A stretch of 64,000 nucleotides of DNA from Squalus acanthias (Eukaryota): NCBI GenBank assembly GCA_030390025.1, contig JASTWF010000036.1, forward strand, positions 1,550,001 to 1,614,000, in the 5' to 3' direction. Below are positions 48,101 through 63,100 of the stretch, in pieces. The notes under the pieces are model-generated. The model did no database searches. It worked only from the letters and a program-made list of their open reading frames with translations, and had not been told where the DNA came from. Within the stretch, counting starts at the first letter, position 1. Every line of letters begins with the position of its first letter. Both the position numbers and the translations under genes were made by a program.

Positions 48101-51100
48101 TGTGCCAGTGTATGGAACCCGTGTGCCAGTGTATGGAACCCGTGTGCCAGTCTATGGAACCCGTGTACCAGTGTATGGAACCCGTGTGCCTGTGTATGGA
48201 ACCCGTGTACCAGTGTATGGAACCCGTGTGCCAGTCTATGGAACCCGTGTACCAGTGTATGGAACCCGTGTGTCAGTGCATGGAACCCGTGTGCCAGTGA
48301 GTGGAACCAGTGTGCCAGTGCGTGGTACCCGTGTGCCACTGTATGGAACCCGTGTGCCAGTCTATGGAACCGGTGTGCCAGTGTATGGAACCCATGTGCC
48401 AGTGTATGGAAACTGTGTGCCAGTGTATGGAACCTGTGTGCCAGTGTATGGAACCTGTGTGCCAGTGTATGGTACCCGTGTGCCAGTGTATGGAACCCGT
48501 GTGCCAGTGTATGTAACCCATGTGCCAGTGTATGGAACTCATGTGTCAGTCTATGGAACCCGTGTGCCAGTGTATGGTACCCGTGTGCCAGTGTAGGGAA
48601 CCTGTGTGCCAGTGTATGGAACCCACCTGCCAGTGTATGGTACACGTGTGCCAGTCTATGGAACCCGTGTGCCAGTGCATGGAACCTGTGTGCCAGTCTA
48701 TGGAACCCGTGTGCCAGTGTATGGAACCCGTGTGCCAGTGTATGGAACCCGTGTGCCAGTGTATGGAACCCATGTGCCAGTGTATGGAACCTGGGTGCCA
48801 GTGTATGGAACCCATGTGCCAGTGTATGGAACCCGTGTGCCAGTGTATGGAACGCATGTGTCAGTGTGTGGAACCCGTGTGCCAGTGTATGGAACTCGTG
48901 TGCCAGTGTATGGAACCCGTCTGCCAGTGTATGGAACCTGTGTGCCAGTGTACAGTACCTGTGTGCCAGTGTATGGAACCCGTGTGCCAGTGTATGGAAC
49001 CCGTGTGCCAGTGTATGGAACCCATGTGCCAGTGTATGGAACCCGTGTGCCAGTGTATGGAACCCGTGTGCCAGTGTATGGAACCCGTGTGCCTGTGTAT
49101 GGAACCCGTGTGCCAGTGTATGGAACCCGTGTGCCAGTGTATGGAACCCGTGTGCCAGTCTATGGAACCCGTGTGCCAGTGTATGGAACCTGTGTGCCAG
49201 TGTGTGGAACCTGTGTGCCAGTCTATGGAAACCGTGTACCAGTGTATGGAACCCGTGTGCCAGTGTATGGAACCCGTGTGCCAGTGTATGGAACCCGTGT
49301 GCCAATGTATGGAACCCGTGTGCCAGTGTGTGGAACCTGTGTGCCAGTCTATGGAAACCGTGTACCAGTGTATGGAACCCGTGTGCCAGTGTATGGAACC
49401 CGTGTGCCAGTGTATGGAACCCGTGTGCCAGTCTATGGAACCCGTGTGCCAGTGTATGGAACCTGTGTGCCAGTGTGTGGAACCTGTGTGCCAGTCTATG
49501 GAAACCTTGTACCAGTGTATGGAACCCGTGTGCCAGTGTATGGAACCCGTGTGCCAGTGTATGGAACCCGTGTGCCAGTCTATGGAACCCGTGTACCAGT
49601 GTCTGGAAATCGTGTGTCAGTGTATGGAACCCGTGTGTCAGTGAGTGGAACCAGTGTGCCAGTGCGTGGTACCCGTGTGCCACTGTATGGAACCCGTGTG
49701 CCAGTCTAGGAACCGGTGTGTCAGTGTATGGAACCCATGTGCCAGTGTATGGAAACTGTGTGCCAGTGTATGGAACCTGTGTGCCAGTGTATGGAACCTG
49801 TGTGCCAGTGTATGGTACCCGTGTGCCAGTGTATGGAACCCGTGTGCCAGTGTATGTAACCCATGTGCCAGTGTATAGAACTCATGTGTCAGTCTATGGA
49901 ACCCGTGTGCCAGTGTATGGTACCCGTGTGCCAGTGTAGGGAACCTGTGTGCCAGTGTATGGAACCCATCTGCCAGTGTATGGTACACGTGTGCCAGTCT
50001 ATGGAACCCGTGTGCCAGTGTATGGAACCCGTGTGCCAGTGTATGGAACCCGTGTGCCAGTGTATGGAACCCGTGTGCCAGTGTATGGAACCCGTGTGCC
50101 AGTGTATGGAACCCATGTGCCAGTGTATGGAACCTGGGTGCCAGTGTATGGAACGCATGTGTCAGTGTGTGGAACCCGTGTGCCAGTGTGTGGAACCTGT
50201 GTGCCAGTGTATGGAACCCGTGTGCCAGTCTATGGAACCTGTGTGCCAGTGTATAGTACCTGTGTGCCAGTGTATGGAACCCGTGTACCAGTGTCTGGAA
50301 ATCGTGTGTCAGTGTATGGAACCCGTGTGTCAGTGAGTGGAACCAGTGTGCCAGTGCGTGGTACCCGTGTGCCACTGTATGGAACCCGTGTGCCAGTCTA
50401 GGAACCGGTGTGCCAGTGTATGGAACCCATGTGCCAGTGTATGGAAACTGTGTGCCAGTGTATGGAACCTGTGTGCCAGTGTATGGAACCTGTGTGCCAG
50501 TGTATGGTACCCGTGTGCCAGTGTATGGAACCCGTGTGCCAGTGTATGTAACCCATGTGCCAGTGTATAGAACTCATGTGTCAGTCTATGGAACCCGTGT
50601 GCCAGTGTATGGTACCCGTGTGCCAGTGTAGGGAACCTGTGTGCCAGTGTATGGAACCCATCTGCCAGTGTATGGTACACGTGTGCCAGTCTATGGAACC
50701 CGTGTGCCAGTGTATGGAACCCGTGTGCCAGTGTATGGAACCCGTGTGCCAGTCTATGGAACCCGTGTACCAGTGTATGGAACCCGTTTGCCAGTGTAGG
50801 GAACCTGTGTGCCAGTGTATGGAACCCGTGTGCCAGTGTAGGGAATCTGTGTGCCAGTGTATGGAACCCGTGTGCCAGTGTATGGAACCCGTGTGCCAGT
50901 GTATGGAACCCGTGTGCCAGTGTATGGAACACGTGTGCCAGTGTATTGAACCCATGTGCCAGTGTATGGAACCCGTGTGCCAGTCTATGGAACCCGTGTG
51001 CCAGTCTATGGAACCCGTGTGCCAGTCTATGGAACCCGTGTGCCAGTCTATGGAACCTGTGTGCCAGTGTGTGGAACCCGTGTGCCAGTCTATGGAACCC

Positions 51101-54100
51101 GTGTACCAGTGTATGGAACCCGTGTGCCAGTCTATGGAACCCGTGTGCCAGTGTATGGAACCCGTGTGCCAGTGTATGGAAACCGTGTGCCAGTGTATGG
51201 AACCCGTGTGCCAGTCTATGGAACCCGTGTACCAGTGTATGGAACCCGTTTGCCAGTGTATGGAACCCGTGTGCCAGTGTATGGAACCCGTGTGCCAGTG
51301 TAGGGAACCCGTGTGCCAGTGTATGGAACCCGTGTGCCAGTGTATGGAACCCGTCTGCCAGTGTATGGAACCCGTGTGCCAGTGTAGGGAACCCGTGTGC
51401 CAGTGTATGGAACCTGTGTGCCAGTGTATGGAACCTGTGTGCCAGTGTATGGAACCCGTGTGCCAGTGTATGGAACCCGTGTGCCAGTGTATGGAACTCG
51501 TGTGCCACTGTATGGAACCCGTGTGCCAGTGTATGGAACCCGTGTACCAGTGTAGGGAACCCGTGTGCCAGTGTATGGAACCTGTGTGCCAGTGTATGGA
51601 ACCCGTGTGCCAGTGTATGGAACCCATGTGCCAGTGTATGGAACCCGTGTACAAGTGCATGGAACCCGTGTGCCAGTCTATGGAACCCGTGTACCAGTGT
51701 ATGGAACCCGTGTGCCAGTGTATGGAACCCGTGTGCCAGTGTATGGAACCCGTGTGCCAGTCTATGGAACCCGTGTACCAGTGTATGGAACACGTGTGCC
51801 AGTGTAGGGAACCTGTGTGCCAGTGTATGGAACCCGTGTGCCAGTGTATGGAACCCGTGTGCCAGTGTATGGAACCCGTGTGCCAGTGTAGGGAACCCGT
51901 GTGCCAGTGTATGGAACCCGTGTGCCAGTGTATGGAACCCGTGTGCCAGTGTATGGAACCCGTATGCCAGTGTATGGAACCTGTGTGCCAGTGTATGGAA
52001 CCTGTGTGCCAGTGTATGGAACCCGTGTGCCAGTGTATGGAACTCGTGTGCCAGTGTATGGATCCCGTGTGCCAGTGTAGGGAACCCGTGTGCCAGTGCA
52101 GGGAACCCGTGTGCCAGTGTATGGAACCTGTGTGCCAGTGTATGGAACCTGTGTGCCAGTGTAGGGAATCCGTGTGCCAGTGTATGGAACCCGTGTGTCA
52201 GTCTATGGAACCCGTGTGTCAGTCCATGGAACCCGTGTGCCAGTCTATGGAACCCGTGTGTCAGTCTATGGAACCCGTGTGCCAGTGTATGGAACCCGTG
52301 TGCCAGTGTATGGAACCCATGTGCCAGTGTATGGAACCCGTGTGCCAGTGTACGATACCCGTGTGCCAGTGTAGGCAACTTGTGTGCCAGTGTATGGAGC
52401 CCATCTGCCAGTGTATGGCACACGTGTGCCAGTCTATGGAACCCGTGTGCCAGTGTATGGAACCTGTGTGCCAGTGTACGGTACCCGTGTGCCAGTGTAT
52501 GGAACCTGTGTGCCAGCCTATGGAACCCGTGTGCCAGCCTATGGAACCCGTGTGCCAGTCTATGGAACCTGTGTGCCAGTGTATGAAATCCATGTGCCAG
52601 TGTATGGTACACGTGTGCCAGTCTATGGAACCCGTGTGCCAGTGTATGGAACCTGTGTGCCAGTGTATGGAACCCATGTGCCAGTGTATGGTACACGTGT
52701 GCCAGTCTATGGAACCCGTGTGCCAGTGTATGGAACCTGTGTGCCAGTGTACGGTACCCGTGTGCCAGTGTATGGAACCCGTGTGCCAGTCTATGGAACC
52801 CGTGTGCCAGTGTATGGTACCCGTGTGCCAGTGTAGGGAACCTGTGTGCCAGTGTATGGAACCCATCTGCCAGTGTATGGTACACGTGTGCCAGTGTATG
52901 GAACCCGTGTGCCAGTCTATGGAACCCGTGTGCCAGTCTATGGAACCCGTGTGCCAGTGTATGGAACCCGTGTGCCAGTCTATGGAACCCGTGTACCAGT
53001 GTATGGAACCCGTGTGCCAGTGTATGGAACCCATGTACCAGTGTATGGAACCCGTGTGCCAGTCTATGGAACCCGTGTGCCAGTGTGTGGAACCTGTGTG
53101 CCAGTCTATGGAACCCGTGTACCAGTGTATGGAACCCGTGTGCCAGTGTATGGAACCCATGTACCAGTGTATGGAACCCGTGTGCCAGTCTATGGAACCC
53201 GTGTGCCAGTGTATGGAACCCGTGTGCCAGTCTATGGAACCCGTGTACCAGTGTATGGAACCCGTTTGCCAGTGTAGGGAACCTGTGTGCCAGTGTATGG
53301 AACCCGTGTGCCAGTGTATGGAACCCTTGTGCCAGTGTATGGAACCCGTGTGCCAGTGTAGGGAACCTGTGTGCCAGTGTATGGAACACGTGTGCCAGTG
53401 TATGGAACCGGTGTGCCAGTGTATGGAACCCGTGTGCCAGTGTAGGGAACCCGTGTGCCAGTGTATGGAACCTGTGTGCCAGTGTATGGAACCCGTGTGC
53501 CAGTGTATGGAACCCGTGTGCCAGTGTATGGAACCCGTGTGCCAGTGTATGGAACCCGTGTGCCAGTGTATGGAACGCATGTGTCAGTGTGTGGAACCCG
53601 TGTGCCAGTGTGTGGAACCTGTGTGCCAGTGTATGGAACCCGTGTGCCAGTCTATGGAACCTGTGTGCCAGTGTATAGTACCTGTGTGCCAGTGTATGGA
53701 ACCTGTGTGCCAGTGTATGGAACCCGTGTGCCAGTGTATGGAACCCGTGTGCCAGTCTATGGAACCCGTGTGCCAGTCTATGGAACCCGTGTGCCAGTGT
53801 ATGGAACCCGTGTGCCAGTCTATGGAACCTGTGTGCCAGTGTGTGGAACCTGTGTGCCAGTGTATGGAACCCGTGTGCCAGTGTAGGGAATCTGTGTGCC
53901 AGTGTATGGAACCCGTGTACCAGTGTTTGGAACCCGTGTGCCAGTGTAGGGAACCCGTGTGCCAGTGTATGGAAACCGTGTGCCAGTGTATGGAACCCGT
54001 GTGCCAGTGTATGGAACCCGTATGCCAGTGTATGGAACCTGTGTGCCAGTGTATGGAACCTGTGTGCCAGTGTATGGAACCCGTGTGCCAGTGTATGGAA

Positions 54101-57100
54101 CTCGTGTGCCAGTGTATGGAACCCGTGTGCCAGTGTAGGGAACCCGTGTGCCAGTGCAGGGAACCCGTGTGCCAGTGTATGGAACCTGTGTGCCAGTGTA
54201 TGGAACCTGTGTGCCAGTGTAGGGAATCCGTGTGCCAGTGTATGGAACCCGTGTGTCAGTCTATGGAACCCGTGTGTCAGTCCATGGAACCCGTGTGCCA
54301 GTCTATGGAACCCGTGTGTCAGTCTATGGAACCCGTGTGCCAGTGTATGGAACCCGTGTGCCAGTGTATGGAACCCATGTGCCAGTGTATGGAACCCGTG
54401 TGCCAGTGTATGGTACCCGTGTGCCAGTGTAGGGAACTTGTGTGCCAGTGTATGGAGCCCATCTGCCAGTGTATGGCACACGTGTGCCAGTCTATGGAAC
54501 CCGTGTGCCAGTGTATGGAACCTGTGTGCCAGTGTACGGTACCCGTGTGCCAGTGTATGGAACCTGTGTGCCAGCCTATGGAACCCGTGTGCCAGCCTAT
54601 GGAACCCGTGTGCCAGTCTATGGAACCTGTGTGCCAGTGTATGAAATCCATGTGCCAGTGTATGGTACACGTGTGCCAGTCTATGGAACCCGTGTGCCAG
54701 TGTATGGAACCTGTGTGCCAGTGTATGGAACCCATGTGCCAGTGTATGGTACACGTGTGCCAGTCTATGGAACCCGTGTGCCAGTGTATGGAACCTGTGT
54801 GCCAGTGTACGGTACCCGTGTGCCAGTGTATGGAACCCGTGTGCCAGTCTATGGAACCCGTGTGCCAGTGTATGGTACCCGTGTGCCAGTGTAGGGAACC
54901 TGTGTGCCAGTGTATGGAACCCATCTGCCAGTGTATGGTACACGTGTGCCAGTGTATGGAACCCGTGTGCCAGTCTATGGAACCCGTGTGCCAGTCTATG
55001 GAACCCGTGTGCCAGTGTATGGAACCCGTGTGCCAGTCTATGGAACCCGTGTACCAGTGTATGGAACCCGTGTGCCAGTGTATGGAACCCATGTACCAGT
55101 GTATGGAACCCGTGTGCCAGTCTATGGAACCCGTGTGCCAGTGTGTGGAACCTGTGTGCCAGTCTATGGAACCCGTGTACCAGTGTATGGAACCCGTGTG
55201 CCAGTGTATGGAACCCATGTACCAGTGTATGGAACCCGTGTGCCAGTCTATGGAACCCGTGTGCCAGTGTATGGAACCCGTGTGCCAGTCTATGGAACCC
55301 GTGTACCAGTGTATGGAACCCGTTTGCCAGTGTAGGGAACCTGTGTGCCAGTGTATGGAACCCGTGTGCCAGTGTATGGAACCCTTGTGCCAGTGTATGG
55401 AACCCGTGTGCCAGTGTAGGGAACCTGTGTGCCAGTGTATGGAACACGTGTGCCAGTGTATGGAACCGGTGTGCCAGTGTATGGAACCCGTGTGCCAGTG
55501 TAGGGAACCCGTGTGCCAGTGTATGGAACCTGTGTGCCAGTGTATGGAACCCGTGTGCCAGTGTATGGAACCCGTGTGCCAGTGTATGGAACCCGTGTGC
55601 CAGTGTATGGAACCCGTGTGCCAGTGTATGTAACGCATGTGTCAGTGTGTGGAACCCGTGTGCCAGTGTGTGGAACCTGTGTGCCAGTGTATGGAACCCG
55701 TGTGCCAGTCTATGGAACCTGTGTGCCAGTGTATAGTACCTGTGTGCCAGTGTATGGAACCTGTGTGCCAGTGTATGGAACCCGTGTGCCAGTGTATGGA
55801 ACCCGTGTGCCAGTCTATGGAACCCGTGTGCCAGTCTATGGAACCCGTGTGCCAGTGTATGGAACCCGTGTGCCAGTCTATGGAACCTGTGTGCCAGTGT
55901 ATAGTACCTGTGTGCCAGTGTATGGAACCCGTGTACCAGTGTCTGGAAATCGTGTGTCAGTGTATGGAACCCGTGTGTCAGTGAGTGGAACCAGTGTGCC
56001 AGTGCGTGGTACCCGTGTGCCACTGTATGGAACCCGTGTGCCAGTCTAGGAACCGGTGTGCCAGTGTATGGAACCCATGTGCCAGTGTATGGAAACTGTG
56101 TGCCAGTGTATGGAACCTGTGTGCCAGTGTATGGAACCTGTGTGCCAGTGTATGGTACCCGTGTGCCAGTGTATGGAACCCGTGTGCCAGTGTATGTAAC
56201 CCATGTGCCAGTGTATAGAACTCATGTGTCAGTCTATGGAACCCGTGTGCCAGTGTATGGTACCCGTGTGCCAGTGTAGGGAACCTGTGTGCCAGTGTAT
56301 GGAACCCATCTGCCAGTGTATGGTACACGTGTGCCAGTCTATGGAACCCGTGTGCCAGTGTATGGAACCCGTGTGCCAGTGTATGGAACCCGTGTGCCAG
56401 TGTATGGAACCCGTGTGCCAGTGTATGGAACCCGTGTGCCAGTGTATGGAACCCATGTGCCAGTGTATGGAACCTGGGTGCCAGTGTATGGAACGCATGT
56501 GTCAGTGTGTGGAACCCGTGTGCCAGTGTGTGGAACCTGTGTGCCAGTGTATGGAACCCGTGTGCCAGTCTATGGAACCTGTGTGCCAGTGTATAGTACC
56601 TGTGTGCCAGTGTATGGAACCTGTGTGCCAGTGTATGGAACCCGTGTGCCAGTGTATGGAACCCGTGTGCCAGTCTATGGAACCCGTGTGCCAGTCTATG
56701 GAACCCGTGTGCCAGTGTATGGAACCCGTGTGCCAGTCTATGGAACCTGTGTGCCAGTGTATGGAACCTGTGTGCCAGTGTATGGAACCCGTGTGCCAGT
56801 GTAGGGAATCTGTGTGCCAGTGTATGGAACCCGTGTACCAGTGTATGGAACCCGTGTACCAGTGTATGGAACCCGTGTGCCAGTCTATGGAACCCGTGTA
56901 CCAGTGTATGGAACCCGTGTGCCAGTGTATGGAACCCGTGTGCCAGTGTATGGAACCCGTGTGCCAGTGTATGGAACCCGTGTGCCAGTGTATGGAACCC
57001 GTGTGCCAGTGTAGGGAACCTGTGTGCCAGTGTATGGAACCCGTGTGCCAGTGTAGGGAACCTGTGTGCCAGTGTATGGAACCCGTGTGCCAGTGTATGG

Positions 57101-60100
57101 AACCCGTGTGCCAGTGTATGGAACCCGTGTGCCAGTGTATGGAACACGTGTGCCAGTGTATGGAACCAGTGTGCCAGTGTATGGAACCCGTGTGCCAGTC
57201 TATGGAACCCGTGTGCCAGTCTATGGAACCCGTGTGCCAGTCTATGGAACCCGTGTGCCAGTCTATGGAACCTGTGTGCCAGTGTATGGAACCCGTGTGC
57301 CAGTCTATGGAACCCGTGTACCAGTGTATGGAACCCGTGTGCCAGTCTATGGAACCCGTGTGCCAGTGTATGGAACCCGTGTGCCAGTGTATGGAACCCG
57401 TGTGCCAGTGTATGGAACCCGTGTGCCAGTGTATGGAACCCGTGTACCAGTGTATGGAACCCGTTTGCCAGTGTATGGAACCCGTGTGCCAGTGTATGGA
57501 ACCCGTGTGCCAGTGTAGGGAACCCGTGTGCCAGTGTATGGAACCCGTGTGCCAGTGTATGGAACCTGTCTGCCAGTGTATGGAACCCGTGTGCCAGTGT
57601 AGGGAACCCGTGTGCCAGTGTATGGAACCTGTGTGCCAGTGTATGGAACCTGTGTGCCAGTGTATGGAACCCGTGTGCCAGTGTATGGAACCCGTGTGCC
57701 AGTGTATGGAACCCGTGTGCCAGTGTATGGAACCCGTGTGCCAGTGTATGGAACCCGTGTGCCAGTGTAGGGAACCCGTGTGCCAGTGTATGGAACCTGT
57801 GTGCCAGTGTATGGAACCCGTGTGCCAGTGTATGGAACCCATGTGCCAGTGTATGGAACCCGTGTACAAGTGCATGGAACCCGTGTGCCAGTCTATGGAA
57901 CCCGTGTACCAGTGTATGGAACCCGTGTGCCAGTGTATGGAACCCGTGTGCCAGTGTATGGAACCCGTGTGCCAGTCTATGGAACCCGTGTACCAGTGTA
58001 TGGAACACGTGTGCCAGTGTAGGGAACCTGTGTGCCAGTGTATGGAACCCGTGTGCCAGTGTATGGAACCCGTGTGCCAGTGTATGGAACCCGTGTGCCA
58101 GTGTAGGGAACCCGTGTGCCAGTGTATGGAACCCGTGTGCCAGTGTATGGAACCCGTGTGCCAGTGTATGGAACCCGTGTGCCAGTGTATGGAACCTGTG
58201 TGCCAGTGTATGGAACCTGTGTGCCAGTGTATGGAACCCGTGTGCCAGTGTATGGAACTCGTGTGCCAGTGTATGGATCCCGTGTGCCAGTGTAGGGAAC
58301 CCGTGTGCCAGTGCAGGGAACCCGTGTGCCAGTGTATGGAACCTGTGTGCCAGTGTATGGAACCTGTGTGCCAGTGTAGGGAATCCGTGTGCCAGTGTAT
58401 GGAACCCGTGTGTCAGTCTATGGAACCCGTGTGCCAGTCCATGGAACCCGTGTGCCAGTCTATGGAACCCGTGTGTCAGTCTATGGAACCCGTGTGCCAG
58501 TGTATGGAACCCGTGTGCCAGTGTATGGAACCCATGTGCCAGTGTATGGAACCCGTGTGCCAGTGTACGATACCCGTGTGCCAGTGTAGGCAACTTGTGT
58601 GCCAGTGTATGGAGCCCATCTGCCAGTGTATGGCACACGTGTGCCAGTCTATGGAACCCGTGTGCCAGTGTATGGAACCTGTGTGCCAGTGTACGGTACC
58701 CGTGTGCCAGTGTATGGAACCCGTGTGCCAGCCTATGGAACCCGTGTGCCAGCCTATGGAACCCGTGTGCCAGTCTATGGAACCTGTGTGCCAGTGTATG
58801 AAATCCATGTGCCAGTGTATGGTACACGTGTGCCAGTCTATGGAACCCGTGTGCCAGTGTATGGAACCTGTGTGCCAGTGTATGGAACCCATGTGCCAGT
58901 GTATGGTACACGTGTGCCAGTCTATGGAACCCGTGTGCCAGTGTATGGAACCTGTGTGCCAGTGTACGGTACCCGTGTGCCAGTGTATGGAACCCGTGTG
59001 CCAGTCTATGGAACCCGTGTGCCAGTGTATGGTACCCGTGTGCCAGTGTAGGGAACCTGTGTGCCAGTGTATGGAACCCATCTGCCAGTGTATGGTACAC
59101 GTGTGCCAGTGTATGGAACCCGTGTGCCAGTCTATGGAACCCGTGTGCCAGTCTATGGAACCCGTGTGCCAGTGTATGGAACCCGTGTGCCAGTCTATGG
59201 AACCCGTGTACCAGTGTATGGAACCCGTGTGCCAGTGTATGGAACCCATGTACCAGTGTATGGAACCCGTGTGCCAGTCTATGGAACCCGTGTGCCAGTG
59301 TGTGGAACCTGTGTGCCAGTCTATGGAACCCGTGTACCAGTGTATGGAACCCGTGTGCCAGTGTATGGAACCCATGTACCAGTGTATGGAACCCGTGTGC
59401 CAGTCTATGGAACCCGTGTGCCAGTGTATGGAACCCGTGTGCCAGTCTATGGAACCCGTGTACCAGTGTATGGAACCCGTTTGCCAGTGTAGGGAACCTG
59501 TGTGCCAGTGTATGGAACCCGTGTGCCAGTGTATGGAACCCTTGTGCCAGTGTATGGAACCCGTGTGCCAGTGTAGGGAACCTGTGTGCCAGTGTATGGA
59601 ACCGTGTGCCAGTGTATGGAACCTGTGTGCCAGTGTATGGAACCCGTGTGCCAGTGTAGGGAACCCGTGTGCCAGTGTATGGAACCTGTGTGCCAGTGTA
59701 TGGAACCCGTGTGCCAGTGTATGGAACCCGTGTGCCAGTGTATGGAACCCGTGTGCCAGTGTATGGAACCCGTGTGCCAGTGTATGGAACCCGTGTGCCA
59801 GTGTATGGAACCCGTGTGCCAGTGTATGGAACCTGTGTGCCAGTGTATGGAACCCGTGTGCCAGTGTATGGAACCTGTGTGCCAGTGTATGGAACCTGTG
59901 TGCCAGTGTATGGAACCTGTGTGCCAGTGTATGGAACCCGTGTGCCAGTGTATGGAACCCGTGTGCCAGTGTATGGAACCCGTGTGCCAGTCTATGGAAC
60001 CCGTGTGCCAGTGTATGGAACCCGTGTGCCAGTCTATGGAACCTGTGTGCCAGTGTATGGAACCTGTGTGCCAGTGTATGGAACCCGTGTGCCAGTGTAG

Positions 60101-63100
60101 GGAACCTGTGTGCCAGTGTATGGAACCCGTGTACCAGTGTATGGAACCCGTGTGCCAGTGTATGGAACCCGTGTGCCAGTGTATGGAACCCGTGTGCCAG
60201 TGTATGGAACCCGTGTGCCAGTGTATGGAACCCGTGTGCCAGTGTATGGAACCTGTGTGCCAGTGTATGGAACCTGTGTGCCAGTGTATGGAACCCGTGT
60301 GCCAGTGTATGGAACTCGTGTGCCAGTGTATGGAACCCGTGTGCCAGTGTAGGGAACCCGTGTGCCAGTGCAGGGAACCCGTGTGCCAGTGTATGGAACC
60401 TGTGTGCCAGTGTATGGAACCTGTGTGCCAGTGTAGGGAACCCGTGTGCCAGTGTATGGAACCCGTGTGTCAGTCTATGGAACCCGTGTGTCAGTCCATG
60501 GAACCCGTGTGCCAGTCTATGGAACCCGTGTGTCAGTCTATGGAACCCGTGTGCCAGTGTATGGAACCCGTGTGCCAGTGTATGGAACCCATGTGCCAGT
60601 GTATGGAACCCGTGTGCCAGTGTATGGTACCCGTGTGCCAGTGTAGGGAACTTGTGTGCCAGTGTATGGAGCCCATCTGCCAGTGTATGGCACACGTGTG
60701 CCAGTCTATGGAACCCGTGTGCCAGTGTATGGAACCTGTGTGCCAGTGTACGGTACCCGTGTGCCAGTGTATGGAACCTGTGTGCCAGCCTATGGAACCC
60801 GTGTGCCAGCCTATGGAACCCGTGTGCCAGTCTATGGAACCTGTGTGCCAGTGTATGAAATCCATGTGCCAGTGTATGGTACACGTGTGCCAGTCTATGG
60901 AACCCGTGTGCCAGTGTATGGAACCTGTGTGCCAGTGTATGGAACCCATGTGCCAGTGTATGGTACACGTGTGCCAGTCTATGGAACCCGTGTGCCAGTG
61001 TATGGAACCTGTGTGCCAGTGTACGGTACCCGTGTGCCAGTGTATGGAACCCGTGTGCCAGTCTATGGAACCCGTGTGCCAGTGTATGGTACCCGTGTGC
61101 CAGTGTAGGGAACCTGTGTGCCAGTGTATGGAACCCATCTGCCAGTGTATGGTACACGTGTGCCAGTGTATGGAACCCGTGTGCCAGTCTATGGAACCCG
61201 TGTGCCAGTCTATGGAACCCGTGTGCCAGTGTATGGAACCCGTGTGCCAGTCTATGGAACCCGTGTACCAGTGTATGGAACCCGTGTGCCAGTGTATGGA
61301 ACCCATGTACCAGTGTATGGAACCCGTGTGCCAGTCTATGGAACCCGTGTGCCAGTGTGTGGAACCTGTGTGCCAGTCTATGGAACCCGTGTACCAGTGT
61401 ATGGAACCCGTGTGCCAGTGTATGGAACCCATGTACCAGTGTATGGAACCCGTGTGCCAGTCTATGGAACCCGTGTGCCAGTGTATGGAACCCGTGTGCC
61501 AGTCTATGGAACCCGTGTACCAGTGTATGGAACCCGTTTGCCAGTGTAGGGAACCTGTGTGCCAGTGTATGGAACCCGTGTGCCAGTGTATGGAACCCTT
61601 GTGCCAGTGTATGGAACCCGTGTGCCAGTGTAGGGAACCTGTGTGCCAGTGTATGGAACACGTGTGCCAGTGTATGGAACCGGTGTGCCAGTGTATGGAA
61701 CCCGTGTGCCAGTGTAGGGAACCCGTGTGCCAGTGTATGGAACCTGTGTGCCAGTGTATGGAACCCGTGTGCCAGTGTATGGAACCCGTGTGCCAGTGTA
61801 TGGAACCCGTGTGCCAGTGTATGGAACCCGTGTGCCAGTGTATGGAACCCGTGTGCCAGTGTATGGAACCCGTGTGCCAGTGTATGGAACCTGTGTGCCA
61901 GTGTATGGAACCCGTGTGCCAGTGTATGGAACCCGTGTGCCAGTGTATGGAACCTGTGTGCCAGTGTATGGAACCTGTGTGCCAGTGTATGGAACCCGTG
62001 TGCCAGTGTATGGAACCCGTGTGCCAGTGTATGGAACCCGTGTGCCAGTGTATGGAACCCGTGTGCCAGTGTATGGAACCCGTGTGCCAGTCTATGGAAC
62101 CTGTGTGCCAGTGTATGGAACCTGTGTGCCAGTGTATGGAACCCGTGTGCCAGTGTATGGAACCCGTGTGCCAGTGTATGGAACCCGTGTGCCAGTGTAT
62201 GGAACCCGTGTGCCAGTGTATGGAACCCGTGTGCCAGTGTATGGAACCCGTGTGCCAGTGTATGGAACCCGTGTGCCAGTGTATGGAACCCGTGTGCCAG
62301 TGTATGGAACCCGTGTGCCAGTCTATGGAACCCGTGTGCCAGTGTATGGAACCCGTGTGCCAGTGTAGGGAACCTGTGTGCCAGTGTATGGAACCCGTGT
62401 GCCAGTGTAGGGAACCTGTGTGCCAGTGTATGGAACCCGTGTGCCAGTGTATGGAACCCGTGTGCCAGTGTATGGAACCCGTGTGCCAGTGTATGGAACC
62501 CGTGTGCCAGTGTATGGAACCCGTGTGCCAGTGTATGGAACCCGTGTGCCAGTGTATGGAACCCGTGTGCCAGTGTATGGAACCCGTGTGCCAGTGTATG
62601 GAACCCGTGTGCCAGTGTATGGAACCCGTGTGCCAGTCTATGGAACCCGTGTGCCAGTGTATGGAACCCGTGTGCCAGTCTATGGAACCTGTGTGCCAGT
62701 GTATGGAACCCGTGTGCCAGTGTATGGAACCCGTGTGCCAGTGTATGGAACCCGTGTGCCAGTGTATGGAACCCGTGTGCCAGTGTATGGAACCCGTGTG
62801 CCAGTGTATGGAACCCGTGTGCCAGTGTATGGAACCCGTGTGCCAGTCTATGGAACCCGTGTGCCAGTGTATGGAACCCGTGTGCCAGTGTATGGAACCC
62901 GTGTGCCAGTGTATGGAACCCGTGTGCCAGTGTATGGAACCCGTGTGCCAGTGTATGGAACCCGTGTGCCAGTGTATGGAACCCGTGTGCCAGTGTATGG
63001 AACCCGTGTGCCAGTGTATGGAACCCGTGTGCCAGTGTATGGAACCTGTGTGCCAGTGTATGGAACCCGTGTGCCAGTGTATGGAACCCGTGTGCCAGTG

